Positions 1-10,401 of a DNA stretch of 64,000 nt are shown here, piece by piece. The stretch's first letter is position 1. Every line of letters starts with the position of its first letter. The position numbers were made by a program, and so were the translations under genes. The notes under the pieces were generated by a model. That model was given only the letters and a program-made list of their open reading frames with translations, did not search any database and was not told the DNA's origin. Source of the stretch: Candidatus Tectimicrobiota bacterium (GTDB lineage: Bacteria; JACPUC01); contig JACPUC010000030.1 in NCBI GenBank assembly GCA_016192455.1, positions 62,001-126,000 of the forward strand, given 5' to 3'.

Positions 1-843
1 GAACATCGTGCACAGCCCGCCGAGGATAGCGGCAGGAGTGAACTGCTCATAGCGGCGCATGAAGAGGGCTCCGAAGATGAGGGTGCCGAGAGGATTGCTG
101 TTCACAATCGGCGAGATGGTGATCAGGTCGCCGTGGCGCAGGGCGGTAAAGTAGAGGGCATAGGCAATGGTGATGGAGAGACCGGCCAGGGTCAGGTAGG
201 GGAGATCACGGCGGGCGGCGCGCCAGGGTCCCAGCGCGGGGCTGAGCACCCGAACGATTCCGAGCAGAGCAAGGGCCGCCGTGGTGGCCAGGGCGCTCCC
301 CAGCATCGGCGCGCCACCTTGCAACAGCGCCTCCTTGCGCAGAACCATGGCCCCGGAGAAGCAGATGGCTGAGGCCAGGGGGTAGATGAGGTCGCTCCGT
401 TTGAACGCCTTGACCTGGCGCTCGAAGGAGATCAACGCCACCCCCAGAACCACCGTCACCGCCCCGATGGCGGTCGGCAGCGTCAGGCGTTCGCCGAAGA
501 AGATGATGCCCGCCAGGGCGGCGAAGAAGGGGGCGACCGCCGTCAGTGGCGCGGCGCGCGCCATGCCGACGCGGATGATGCCCTCGAAGAAGAGGTACCA
601 GGAGAGCGCCGGAGAGAGGAACCCCGAGAGCACGAAGTAGAGGCCGGCGCCCAGGCCCGCAAGCTCGAGCTGGCCGAAGAAGGCGGCTACGAGCCAGAGG
701 CCAAGGCAGGCGACGGCCACCGAGAAGAGGACGCCAGCGAAGGTGGAGGTGCCCCGCAAGCCGAGCCGGACCAGGATCGTTTGGGCGGAGAAACTCAGGG
801 AGGTGAGGAGAGCCAGGATCTCTGGAGTCATGCCGGTCTTCAT
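1..843 (-). CDS. EamA/DMT family transporter (3' end runs off window)
   Basis: Manual translation MKTGMTPEILALLTSLSFSAQTILVRLG...; repeated hydrophobic helices, GIIFFGERLT motif, GGAAGGG RBS; missing from ORF track because no stop in window. Confidence 0.85.
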   Translation of the reverse strand, partial: MKTGMTPEILALLTSLSFSAQTILVRLGLRGTSTFAGVLFSVAVACLGLWLVAAFFGQLELAGLGAGLYFVLSGFLSPALSWYLFFEGIIRVGMARAAPLTAVAPFFAALAGIIFFGERLTLPTAIGAVTVVLGVALISFERQVKAFKRSDLIYPLASAICFSGAMVLRKEALLQGGAPMLGSALATTAALALLGIVRVLSPALGPWRAARRDLPYLTLAGLSITIAYALYFTALRHGDLITISPIVNSNPLGTLIFGALFMRRYEQFTPAAILGGLCTMF

Positions 844-1236
844 CCCTTCCTGGCGGCGAGCGACGCGCAGCCGCGGCGCACGGCGTTCGCGCCGCCCAGG
901 CGAGCAAGCCGGGCACGGAACCCCGCGGGACGTGCCAGCCGTCGCACCGACCTTGTACCTTGACTGCCAAGGAAGTTCAAATGGCGGGGAGCGGGGGGCC
1001 CCAGTTCTCCTCCAACGAATGCCTCCCGCTGGCGTGGCCATTAGGGGGCTTTCACCTTGACAAAACCTGAGGAGACTGTTAGGCAGCAAGGCAGGGAGCG
1101 TCATCGCGATCATCGTGGCGGAAGTTCCACAGGGTGGCTCGCGCTCCTCGGTGGCGCGCGCGTCGGGTTTCGCGGCCCAGGTTTTGCGGTCTCGCGCGCC
1201 GGACCAGCCTTCGTGCTACAGCTCAAGGAGTGCCCC

Positions 1237-2607
1237 ATGGCAAAAGACCTGCGTAGCTTCCTCGAAGATCAACAGCGCTGCTTCCCGGAGGAGTTCCTCA
1301 CCATCAAGAAGCCGGTGGACCCGCGAAACTGGGACATCTCGGCGATTCTTGAGCACTTGCGCCGCCAGGGACGCTTCGAGATCACGATGTTCGAACAGCC
1401 GCTGGGGATGAACGGCAAGCCCTCCCCCTTCCGCACCCTCTACAACGCCTTCGCCACGCGCCAGCGCTGCGCTGATGCCATCGAGTTTGATCGCGAGCAG
1501 TGGAAGATGCCTCTCAGCGAGGAGTTCGGACGCCTCGAAGAGCAGGTGGTGGAGCCGGTCACCGTGGCGCCCGGCCAGGCGCCCGTCAAGGAGGTGGTGC
1601 AGCGAGGGGAGGAGTGCGATGTCGGGGTCTTTCCCGGCGCCCGTTACCACCATGCCGACATCGGCCCCTACTTCGTCATGACCATGGTGCTGAAGGATGA
1701 AGAGGGAGGGTTCTACGACATCTCCTTCGCCAAGAACCTCTACAAGGGGCCGCGCAAAGTCTCGGCTTCTCTCACCTTGCCGCACCTGAAGCGCATCTTC
1801 GAGCAGAATGAGAAAAAGGGGAAAGAAACCCCGTGCATCATCGTGCTGGGGCATCACCCGGCCTTCTACTGGGGCTCGCTGGCGCTGACGCCGTTTGGGA
1901 ATGACGACTACCGCACCGTGGGGGCGTTCCTGCGCGAACCCCTCCGCTTGACCCCCTCGGAGACCTGGGGAAGCGACTTCATGGTGCCGGCGGACGCGGA
2001 GATCGTCATCGAAGGGGTGATGCCGCCGGGGGTGCGTGAGGTGCAGAACCCCTTCGGCGAGATCAGCGGTCATTACCAGCCGCAGATGCTGCGTCCCATC
2101 GTCAACGTCACGGCCATCACGCACCGCCATGATGCGATCCTGCAGGGCGTCTACCCCGGCCACGAGGCGCACTACAACCTGGGTGCCATTCCCAAGGAAG
2201 GATCGATCTACAAGACCTGCAAGAAGCTCGTCCCCTACGTCACCGCGGTGCACTACCCGCACTCCGGCTGCGGCCGCATGTCCTGCTACATCTCCATCAA
2301 GAAGAGACAGGAGGGAGACGCCAAGCGAGTGGGGCTGGTGCCTCTCGTCGAGTCGGCGCAGATGCAGCTCGTCGTCGTCGTCGATGACGACATCGATGTC
2401 TTTAACGAGACGGAGGTGATCTGGGCGGTGATTACGAACGCCCAGCCGTCGCGCGATTGGGACATCATCAAGAACATCGCGAGCATCCATTCCTGGACGG
2501 AGAAGGTCGTCATCGACGCCACCGAACCGCTCGACATTCCGTTCCCGGAGCGCATCAAGGTTCCGGAGCAGGCGTTGGAGCGCGTCAAGCTGGCCGATTA
2601 CCTCTAG
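1237..2607 (+). CDS. UbiD family (prFMN-dependent) decarboxylase-like protein, divergent active site
   Basis: MAKDLRSFL start after AAGGAG; APVKEVV, VPADAEIVIEG, PFGE, AITHR, VVVVDDDIDVF..EVIWA, KVVIDAT motifs. Confidence 0.9.
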   Translation: MAKDLRSFLEDQQRCFPEEFLTIKKPVDPRNWDISAILEHLRRQGRFEITMFEQPLGMNGKPSPFRTLYNAFATRQRCADAIEFDREQWKMPLSEEFGRLEEQVVEPVTVAPGQAPVKEVVQRGEECDVGVFPGARYHHADIGPYFVMTMVLKDEEGGFYDISFAKNLYKGPRKVSASLTLPHLKRIFEQNEKKGKETPCIIVLGHHPAFYWGSLALTPFGNDDYRTVGAFLREPLRLTPSETWGSDFMVPADAEIVIEGVMPPGVREVQNPFGEISGHYQPQMLRPIVNVTAITHRHDAILQGVYPGHEAHYNLGAIPKEGSIYKTCKKLVPYVTAVHYPHSGCGRMSCYISIKKRQEGDAKRVGLVPLVESAQMQLVVVVDDDIDVFNETEVIWAVITNAQPSRDWDIIKNIASIHSWTEKVVIDATEPLDIPFPERIKVPEQALERVKLADYL

Positions 2608-2744
2608 CCCGCGCAGGACCGGCGCGCCAGGCAGCGGGAACGCCCGGCGGCAGAGGAGAGAAGTGGCGAAGGTAGGACCGGCGGAGGGGGCGGCCGGCGC
2701 CCGCGGGCACGGAGTCCGCCCTCATCGCCGCGGGAGATCATGCG

Positions 2745-2897
2745 ATGAATATGATGGCCGATATCTTCTGGGTGCAGTGCCCCAAGTGTCAGGGACGGTG
2801 GTACTGCGAAGGAGACATGAAGGGGGTTTCGAACGTCGTCTGTCCCTTCTGCCTCCACGACTTCCCGCAAGAGGAGAGCCTGGAGAAGGTGAAGTAG
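2745..2897 (+). CDS. Small (50 aa) zinc-ribbon protein, CPKC...CPFC
   Basis: Manual translation MNMMADIFWVQCPKCQGRWYCEGDMKGVSNVVCPFCLHDFPQEESLEKVK; GGAG upstream; below ORF-track length cutoff. Confidence 0.75.
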   Translation: MNMMADIFWVQCPKCQGRWYCEGDMKGVSNVVCPFCLHDFPQEESLEKVK

Positions 2898-3146
2898 AAG
2901 CACCGTAAAGTTTTGCTGCGGCCGCCCTGAATTGTCCAAGGAAGATTGTCCTGGGAGTTCGGGAGCGTGGTTTGCGCCGTGCCCCGGGGCTGGAGATCGT
3001 CCTCGAGATCAGGCGCCCCACTTTGAGGTCGCAGGCAAGCACAGCTCCCGCGTGCCGCCTCCGCCGTCGGAGGAGGGCGCCTGAGTTCCGGGACGGCAAG
3101 CCTCTGCGCCCGGGCGCGGAGGGCGGCCGGGTGGGGAGGCCCGATC

Positions 3147-3614
3147 ATGCCGCCAGCAACCTTCGGCGAAGAGGTGAGGAGGATTCTGGAAAGCATCCAG
3201 ACCATTGCCGTGGTTGGGCTCTCACCCTCCCCGGAGCGACCGAGCTACGGGGTGAGCCGCTACATGCAAGACATGGGGTACACGATCATCCCCATCCGTC
3301 CTGGGGGTGGGAGGATCCTCGGTCAATCGGCCTATGCCTCGCTGCAAGAGAGTCCCGTCCCCATCGATATGGTGAATATCTTCCGGCGCCCGGAGTTCGT
3401 GCCGTCCATTGTCGATGCGGCGATTGCCTGCGGCGCCAAGGTGGTCTGGATGCAGGAAGGCGTGGTCCACCACGAAGCGGCGGAGAAAGCCAGGCAGGCA
3501 GGGATGCAGGTGGTGCAGGACGCCTGCGTCCTGAAAGCGCACAAGTTCTTCGGCCTGCCGCGGCGTCCTGAGCGAGGCGTCTCCGCCACGCCGGTGGCTG
3601 ATCAGCCGAAGTAA
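3147..3614 (+). CDS. CoA-binding protein (YccU-like)
   Basis: IAVVGLS..PERPSYGV, IDMVNIFRRPE, VVWMQEGV motifs. Confidence 0.9.
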   Translation: MPPATFGEEVRRILESIQTIAVVGLSPSPERPSYGVSRYMQDMGYTIIPIRPGGGRILGQSAYASLQESPVPIDMVNIFRRPEFVPSIVDAAIACGAKVVWMQEGVVHHEAAEKARQAGMQVVQDACVLKAHKFFGLPRRPERGVSATPVADQPK

Positions 3615-3693
3615 CCGCCCGACGCGGCGCACCCCGTGCCGGCGCCGCCGGGGCAGCCGCGCCTGCCCCCTACCCGCGCGGCTCCTCGGCAAA

Positions 3694-3722
3694 TTGACAA
3701 AGAGAGCGGCGAATACTACGTT
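3694..3722 (+). promoter_or_regulatory. Putative sigma70 promoter of hsp20
   Basis: TTGACA-N17-TACGTT about 100 nt upstream of the hsp20 start. Confidence 0.55.
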
Positions 3723-3821
3723 GAGAGTGGAGCCTGCCTGCTGGCTCGGGGTATGGTGGCATCAGGGTTCGAGGGTGATCGCCCGGGGGGAGCGGAGCAG
3801 GCTGAAGAGGAGGGAGAGGGG

Positions 3822-4265
3822 ATGGCGCTCATCCATCGGAGTCCGTTCGGTGAAAGCGGCTTGCTGCCCAACCTGATCAACAGCTTCTTCGATGAGTCCT
3901 GGCCCTTCTTCGAGCTGCCGGCGACCACCGGGCGCGGGTTTCGGCCGGCCGTCGAGGTGCAGGAGACCGATAGCAGTTTCATCATCCGGGCCGAGGTGCC
4001 GGGGATGAAGAAAGAAGACCTGAGCATCGAGGTGAAAGGGCATTCCCTGGTGCTTTCAGGCGAGAAGAGGGAACGCCGGGAAGAGAAGGGCCCGGGCACG
4101 TTCCGGAGCGAAATTCAATACGGCGCTTTCGAGCGCTCGTTCTCTCTGGGTGAACCGATCAACCCTGATGAGATCGATGCCGAGTTCAAGGATGGCGTCT
4201 TGACGATCACGGTGCCCAAACGCGAGCGGGAGAAGCGCCAAGCCATTGAGATCAAGGGTGAATAG
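3822..4265 (+). CDS. Hsp20/alpha-crystallin small heat-shock protein
   Basis: PAVEVQET, AEVPGMKKEDL, YGAFERSFSL, AEFKDGVLTITVPK, IEIK. Confidence 0.95.
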   Translation: MALIHRSPFGESGLLPNLINSFFDESWPFFELPATTGRGFRPAVEVQETDSSFIIRAEVPGMKKEDLSIEVKGHSLVLSGEKRERREEKGPGTFRSEIQYGAFERSFSLGEPINPDEIDAEFKDGVLTITVPKREREKRQAIEIKGE

Positions 4266-4306
4266 CAGGCTCCCCCGCAAGGGCCCCGCGGGGGCTGCGC
4301 GCCGAC

Positions 4307-4350
4307 GAGACCGCGAGAGCTCCAGGGAGGCTCTGGCGGTCTTCTTGTTT
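4307..4350 (+). terminator. Putative intrinsic terminator after hsp20
   Basis: Imperfect hairpin AGACCGC...GCGGTCT followed by TCTTGTTT, between convergent genes. Confidence 0.5.
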
Positions 4351-4393
4351 CAGGCGGGGCCGCCAGACTCCGCCGCGCCCGGCCCGCACCTGC

Positions 4394-5380
4394 CTATGCC
4401 GTCACCTTCAGCACCAGCCTGCCGCGCACCCTGCCGGCGAGAATCTCAGCGGCAAGGCGAGGCAGCTCCTCCAGCGTCGCCTCGCTTGTCATGGCGTCGA
4501 GGTTCTCCATCGGCAAATCCGTTGCCAGCCGCCGCCAGGCGGTCATGCGGCGCTCCCTGGGGCAGATCGAGGACTCCACGCCGATCAGGCTGACCGCCCG
4601 CAGCAGGAAGGGGAGCACCGTCGTCTCCAGCTTATTGCTGGCGACAAGCCCCACCGCGGCCACGGCGTGGTCATACTTCGTCTGCGCCAGCACCCGCGCC
4701 AGCGTCGTCCCCCCCACCGTCTCGATGCAGCCGGCCCAGCGCTCGCTCTCCAGCGGTCGGTTCAACGGCTCGGCCAGCACCTGCCGGTCGATGATCGAGG
4801 TGGCCCCGAGGGACGTGAGGTAGGCGTGGCTGGCCGCCCGCCCGGTCGAGGCGACGACGCTATACCCCAGGTTGGCGAGCGTGGCGACGGCCACCGAGCC
4901 GACTCCGCCCGAGGCGCCCGTCACGAGGACTTCGCCGTCGCCCGGCCGCATACCGTTCCGCTCCAGGGCCATGATTGCCAGCATGGCGGTGAAGCCGGCC
5001 GTGCCCAGCGCCATGGCGCGCCGCAGCGTCAGCCCCTGCATGGGTCGGACCAGCCACTCCCCCTGAACGCGCGCCTTCTCCGCGTAGCCCCCCCAGCGGG
5101 ACTCACCCACGCGACAGCCCGTCAGGAAGACCGCATCACCCGGCTTGAAGTCGGGGTTGCTGCTCTCGGCGACAATGCCGGCGAGGTCAATGCCGGGAAC
5201 GTGCGGGTAGTGCCGCACCATGCCGCCGATCCCCTTCAGCATCATGCCGTCCTTGTAGTTCAGCGTCGAGTACTGCACCCGCACCGTCACATCGCCCTCG
5301 GGCAGCCGCGCCTCCTCGATCTCCTGGATTGATGATCTCACCCTGCCCTCTTGCTGCTCCAGCACCACTGCCTTGAACAT
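4394..5380 (-). CDS. acuI: MDR-family oxidoreductase, acryloyl-CoA reductase AcuI/YhdH type
   Basis: YSTLNYKD, VPGIDLAG, GTAGFTAML, VTGASGGVGS, VLPFLLRAV. Confidence 0.85.
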   Translation of the reverse strand: MFKAVVLEQQEGRVRSSIQEIEEARLPEGDVTVRVQYSTLNYKDGMMLKGIGGMVRHYPHVPGIDLAGIVAESSNPDFKPGDAVFLTGCRVGESRWGGYAEKARVQGEWLVRPMQGLTLRRAMALGTAGFTAMLAIMALERNGMRPGDGEVLVTGASGGVGSVAVATLANLGYSVVASTGRAASHAYLTSLGATSIIDRQVLAEPLNRPLESERWAGCIETVGGTTLARVLAQTKYDHAVAAVGLVASNKLETTVLPFLLRAVSLIGVESSICPRERRMTAWRRLATDLPMENLDAMTSEATLEELPRLAAEILAGRVRGRLVLKVTA

Positions 5381-5703
5381 GAGCGCTCCTTCCCTCCATC
5401 CCTTCGGGTGCTGCGTCGTTGACCATAGCCCTCCCCCAGGAAGGGAGCTGCTGCGGTCCTCCTCACGGCCGCGCGGATCGAGAGCGGTCCGAGTCGTCAG
5501 ACAAGGCGACAGGGAACGCTCCTCCCCCGGCGGTCTCGCCTGCCACGGCGGCCGCCACTCCGGGGCGAGGGGCCCGCACCTGAGGCTTGGTCTTGCACCG
5601 CCTAGCTAAGGGGTCATGGTAGCAAAAAACCGCCCGCGTGAGAAGCTGCGGAGAAGCTCCTCGCGGCTCCACCAGGCGCCGGCCCATGCCATCGACGCAC
5701 GGC

Positions 5704-7524
5704 TCACCCGAGGGAGGAGGGGTCATGCCAAAGCACCGGCCAGAGGCAATGGACGCGCGCCTGCGAGAAGAGGCGCACCCCTTCCGCTGCGTACTTCAGC
5801 ATTGCCGAGAGATCAGGCTGCGGCAGCGTCGGAGGAGCGAGGGGGCGCGAGCTGGGCTTTACCGCTCGCAGCGGCGCGGTTTCCGGCAAGCCGGCGAGGT
5901 GTCGAGCCTTGGCGAGCGCCGCATCGAGCCGCCCCAGCTCATCGATGAGGCCGTGGCCGAGAGCCTGGCGGCCGCTCCAGACGCGGCCGCCCCCCACGGC
6001 GTCAACGGCGTCCCGCGTCATCGTGCGAGCGGCTGCGACGCGCGCCAGGAACAGCTCGTAGGTGGACGTGATCTCCTCCTCCATGATCCGCCGCTCCGCC
6101 TCGGTGAAGGGGCGGACCGGATCGTGGAGCGCGGCGTGCCGCCCCCGGCTCAGGCTCTCCCAGCGCACCAGGAGCTGGTCGAGGAAGCCGGCGTTGGAGA
6201 GCTTGCCGGCAAGCACCCCGATGGAGCCGGTGATCGTACCCGGCTGGGCGACGATCCAGTGTGCGGGGGCGGCGACGTAGTAGCCGCCCGAGGCGGCGAT
6301 GCCGCCGAGGTAGGCGACGAGGGGCTTCCGCGCCGCCACCCTGGTCAGCGCTGCGCAGATCGCCTCGGCGGCAGTGGCCGAGCCGCCGCGTGACTCGATC
6401 GCCACGACGAGCGCCGCGGCGCGCTCATCCCGCAGCACCCGGCGCGCCTCCTCAACCACGCTCAGGTCGCCGGCGCGCGCATTGAAGAGGAACGGCAGCG
6501 GCAGCGGCGGTCTGAACGGCGGCTGCTGGCTCCTGCCGTTGATGATGTCGCCCTCGACGCGCAGGAGCGCCACGTAGCGCCCCGACTTCCCGCGACGCCC
6601 GCGCGGCGCGACGGTGTCGAAGGGCGGGGCTGCGGACGCGCCGTGGCGTGGTTCCGCCGCCGGCCCGGGCGAGGGCGGCGCGCCGCGGTCGGCGCGGGGC
6701 TGCCCCGGCGCCGGCACCAGGAGGCGCCTCCGGGCCTCCCGCCAGGGGGCAAGCTGCGCCGGCTTCCCCGCGATGGCCAGGAAGCTCGGCAGCTCCTCCT
6801 CGCTCAGGCGCGCGTCCACGGCAGCCGCCGTCAGCGCCTGGAGATCGGTGTAGGGGGACCCGTCAACGAGCGCCTCGGCCCGCGCCTCGTCGATCTTTCG
6901 GCCGGCGGCGATCTCGCCCAACAGCTCGCCGTAGGCGGCATCCATGAGCCAGGTGAGATTTTCGCGCATGGCGTCCGACATGCGGTTGCGCGTGAACAGA
7001 TCGGCGGCCGCCTTGTAGGGGCTGATCTGCACGATGTCGGCTTTCAGGCCAAGGCGCTGAAACGCATCGCCGAGGAAGAGGAAACTGCGGTGCAGCCCGA
7101 GGGGATCGACGCGTCCGCCCGGCTGCAGAAGGATCGTCCCGGCGGCGCAGGCGACCTGAAAGCTGAGGTGATCATACTGCTGCGACCAGGCGATGACCTG
7201 CTTGCCGGCGCGGCGCAGCTCCTCGATGAGGCTGCGCAACGTCTGACGCTGCGAGCCGGAGAGATGCAGGTCGCGGAGGTGCAGCACCACCCCGCGCGGC
7301 CGCGGATCGCCGGCCACGCTGTGGAACTGCTCCGCCAGCTCCTGCAGGCTCGGCTGCGGCGGGAAGAAGCGGCGTTTCCAGTACTCCGCCGGCCGCGGGC
7401 GCAGCTCGGGGTAGCTGCCGGCCAGGGTGAAGACGACGTAATCGGGGGCCTTCCCGCGGCCGCGCCGGAGGTTCCGGAGAGCGCGCAGGAAGCGCCGCAA
7501 GGAGGAGAGGAGGAGGCGCAGCAC
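5704..7524 (-). CDS. sppA: Signal peptide peptidase SppA (protease IV, S49)
   Basis: Two S49 domains; YKAA lysine, AASGGYYVA serine motif, TITGSIGV, GGRVWSG. Confidence 0.9.
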   Translation of the reverse strand: MLRLLLSSLRRFLRALRNLRRGRGKAPDYVVFTLAGSYPELRPRPAEYWKRRFFPPQPSLQELAEQFHSVAGDPRPRGVVLHLRDLHLSGSQRQTLRSLIEELRRAGKQVIAWSQQYDHLSFQVACAAGTILLQPGGRVDPLGLHRSFLFLGDAFQRLGLKADIVQISPYKAAADLFTRNRMSDAMRENLTWLMDAAYGELLGEIAAGRKIDEARAEALVDGSPYTDLQALTAAAVDARLSEEELPSFLAIAGKPAQLAPWREARRRLLVPAPGQPRADRGAPPSPGPAAEPRHGASAAPPFDTVAPRGRRGKSGRYVALLRVEGDIINGRSQQPPFRPPLPLPFLFNARAGDLSVVEEARRVLRDERAAALVVAIESRGGSATAAEAICAALTRVAARKPLVAYLGGIAASGGYYVAAPAHWIVAQPGTITGSIGVLAGKLSNAGFLDQLLVRWESLSRGRHAALHDPVRPFTEAERRIMEEEITSTYELFLARVAAARTMTRDAVDAVGGGRVWSGRQALGHGLIDELGRLDAALAKARHLAGLPETAPLRAVKPSSRPLAPPTLPQPDLSAMLKYAAEGVRLFSQARVHCLWPVLWHDPSSLG

Positions 7525-7891
7525 AGCCGATCCCCTTCAACTGCCGAGGTGAACTGCCCGGGCGAACATTGCGGAGACCTTGCCCGGCGCTCTGCCCTGG
7601 TGCTGTCGCGGTTTTGCCGCAGAACGATTCGCGCCCGCGGGAGAGTCCAAGCGCAGCTCGCGAGCCGAGCGGCCCCGCTCCAATGTACCGTTGCAGCTCA
7701 GTCCTGTCCAAGGGGAAGAGGCCGTGCGCAACGGCGATGTCAAGTGCGCCATAACTTGAGGTGGGGAACGGCGGGGGAGGGGAGAAAGGGCGGAGGAAGA
7801 AAACGCCGTGGTCAAGGCTTACGGACGGGGCGCCCCGGCCGCGCGGCTGCGGAGCCCTCTCACCAATTCCCTTCGCAGGCAGCGGCAAGGC

Positions 7892-8845
7892 TCAGGGCCA
7901 GCTTGGCGGCTGGTCCTCGGCGTGCCAGTCGCGCGTCAGGTCGAGCCAGAGGGCCAAGCCCTGCCACGCCCCGAATTGCCGGTAGCGGCGTCGCAGCCGC
8001 GCCGGCGTGGGCAGCGTCTTCGTGCCGTAGAGCCGCTGGAACTTCGCCAGGCACCAGCGGTCGATCGCCAGCCCGTCGTAATGGCCGAGGAGGCGCAGCA
8101 GTCCTTCAGCGGCGTAGGGTCCCATCCCCTTCACCCCCAGCGCCTGCCGCTTCAGCGCCGCGCTGTCGGTCGCCCCGCCTTCCCACGCCTCCAGCTCCAG
8201 CTCGCCCGCGGCCACGCGCTCGGCCAGCTCCTTCAGGAAGGGCGCGCGGTAGCCGGCCTTGACCGTGTGACGGTAGAACCCTTCTGGCTGCGCCGCCATG
8301 GCCCGCGCCGTGGGGAAGGCGCGGCGGCCGTCCGGCGCCGCCTCGCCGAGGGCCGTCACCAGCCGCTCGACCATGCTCCGCGTCAGCCGCCAGTTGCAGT
8401 TCGTGGTGCAGAGGAGCTTCACCGCGTCTTCAAAGACGCAGGCGCCGCGTAGGAAGCGGCCGGCGCCGGCGGGTCCGGCCCAGGCCAGCGCCGGTTCCCG
8501 GGCGGTGAGATCGTAGAACGGCTCCAGCTCGGCGTCGAGGGAGAGCATGCGGCGCACGAGGCGCCGGGCTTCGGAGCGTTCCTCCGACCTCAGCGGCTGA
8601 CCGGCGCGCACCGTCAGCCGGGGGCGCGCCGCGTCGCTTGTCTGCCGACGCGAAGGCCCCGTGGGCTGACAGGCGATCTCCAGCGTGGTGACCATGCTGC
8701 CCAGGCGGGCGGTGTACCGGAGCGAGCCGCCGTCTCCGTCGTAACGGAACGGGAGCAGGGTGTACCAGCCGTGGCTGCGCACCGTGCGCTGGAAACTGAA
8801 GCCTGGCGGGGTGACAAGGCTGAAGCGGGTGGCGGAGGGAGCCAA
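7892..8845 (-). CDS. HhH-GPD DNA glycosylase (AlkA/OGG1-like)
   Basis: LCTTNCNW, AFPT, GYRA, GVKGMGPYAA helix-hairpin-helix and downstream Asp. Confidence 0.85.
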   Translation of the reverse strand: MAPSATRFSLVTPPGFSFQRTVRSHGWYTLLPFRYDGDGGSLRYTARLGSMVTTLEIACQPTGPSRRQTSDAARPRLTVRAGQPLRSEERSEARRLVRRMLSLDAELEPFYDLTAREPALAWAGPAGAGRFLRGACVFEDAVKLLCTTNCNWRLTRSMVERLVTALGEAAPDGRRAFPTARAMAAQPEGFYRHTVKAGYRAPFLKELAERVAAGELELEAWEGGATDSAALKRQALGVKGMGPYAAEGLLRLLGHYDGLAIDRWCLAKFQRLYGTKTLPTPARLRRRYRQFGAWQGLALWLDLTRDWHAEDQPPSWP

Positions 8846-8980
8846 GGCGGTTGACCATGGGGCTGCGGCGCCCCCGCGAAGCTCTGAACAGGGGGGAGGC
8901 TTGGGAGTACCGCTCAGCGAATGTCGTCAGACGGTCCTTGCCGCCGCATCTCCGTACGACATGTTCCCAGCCCATCAACC

Positions 8981-9005
8981 GGGGCGGTTCGCGAACCGCC
9001 CCTAC
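8981..9005. repeat. REP-like palindrome GGGGCGGTTCGCGAACCGCCCCTAC
   Basis: Perfect 22-bp palindrome ending in CTAC; near-identical copy at 47280. Confidence 0.8.
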
Positions 9006-9110
9006 CGGTGGGGATGCAAGGACCCACGCATGAACGCGGCGGCGCTGCCTCGTCCCGGAACCGCAGGGGCGCCGACCTACAGCCTCCCGGAAGCCTTCCG
9101 GGGCATGCCC

Positions 9111-10379
<1,269 letters not shown>

Positions 10380-10401
10380 TCCTCGTCATCCGTCCGTCGC
10401 A

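Noticed and set aside
3690-3821. CIRCE or HAIR heat-shock operator before hsp20
   Set aside because: No match to either inverted-repeat consensus
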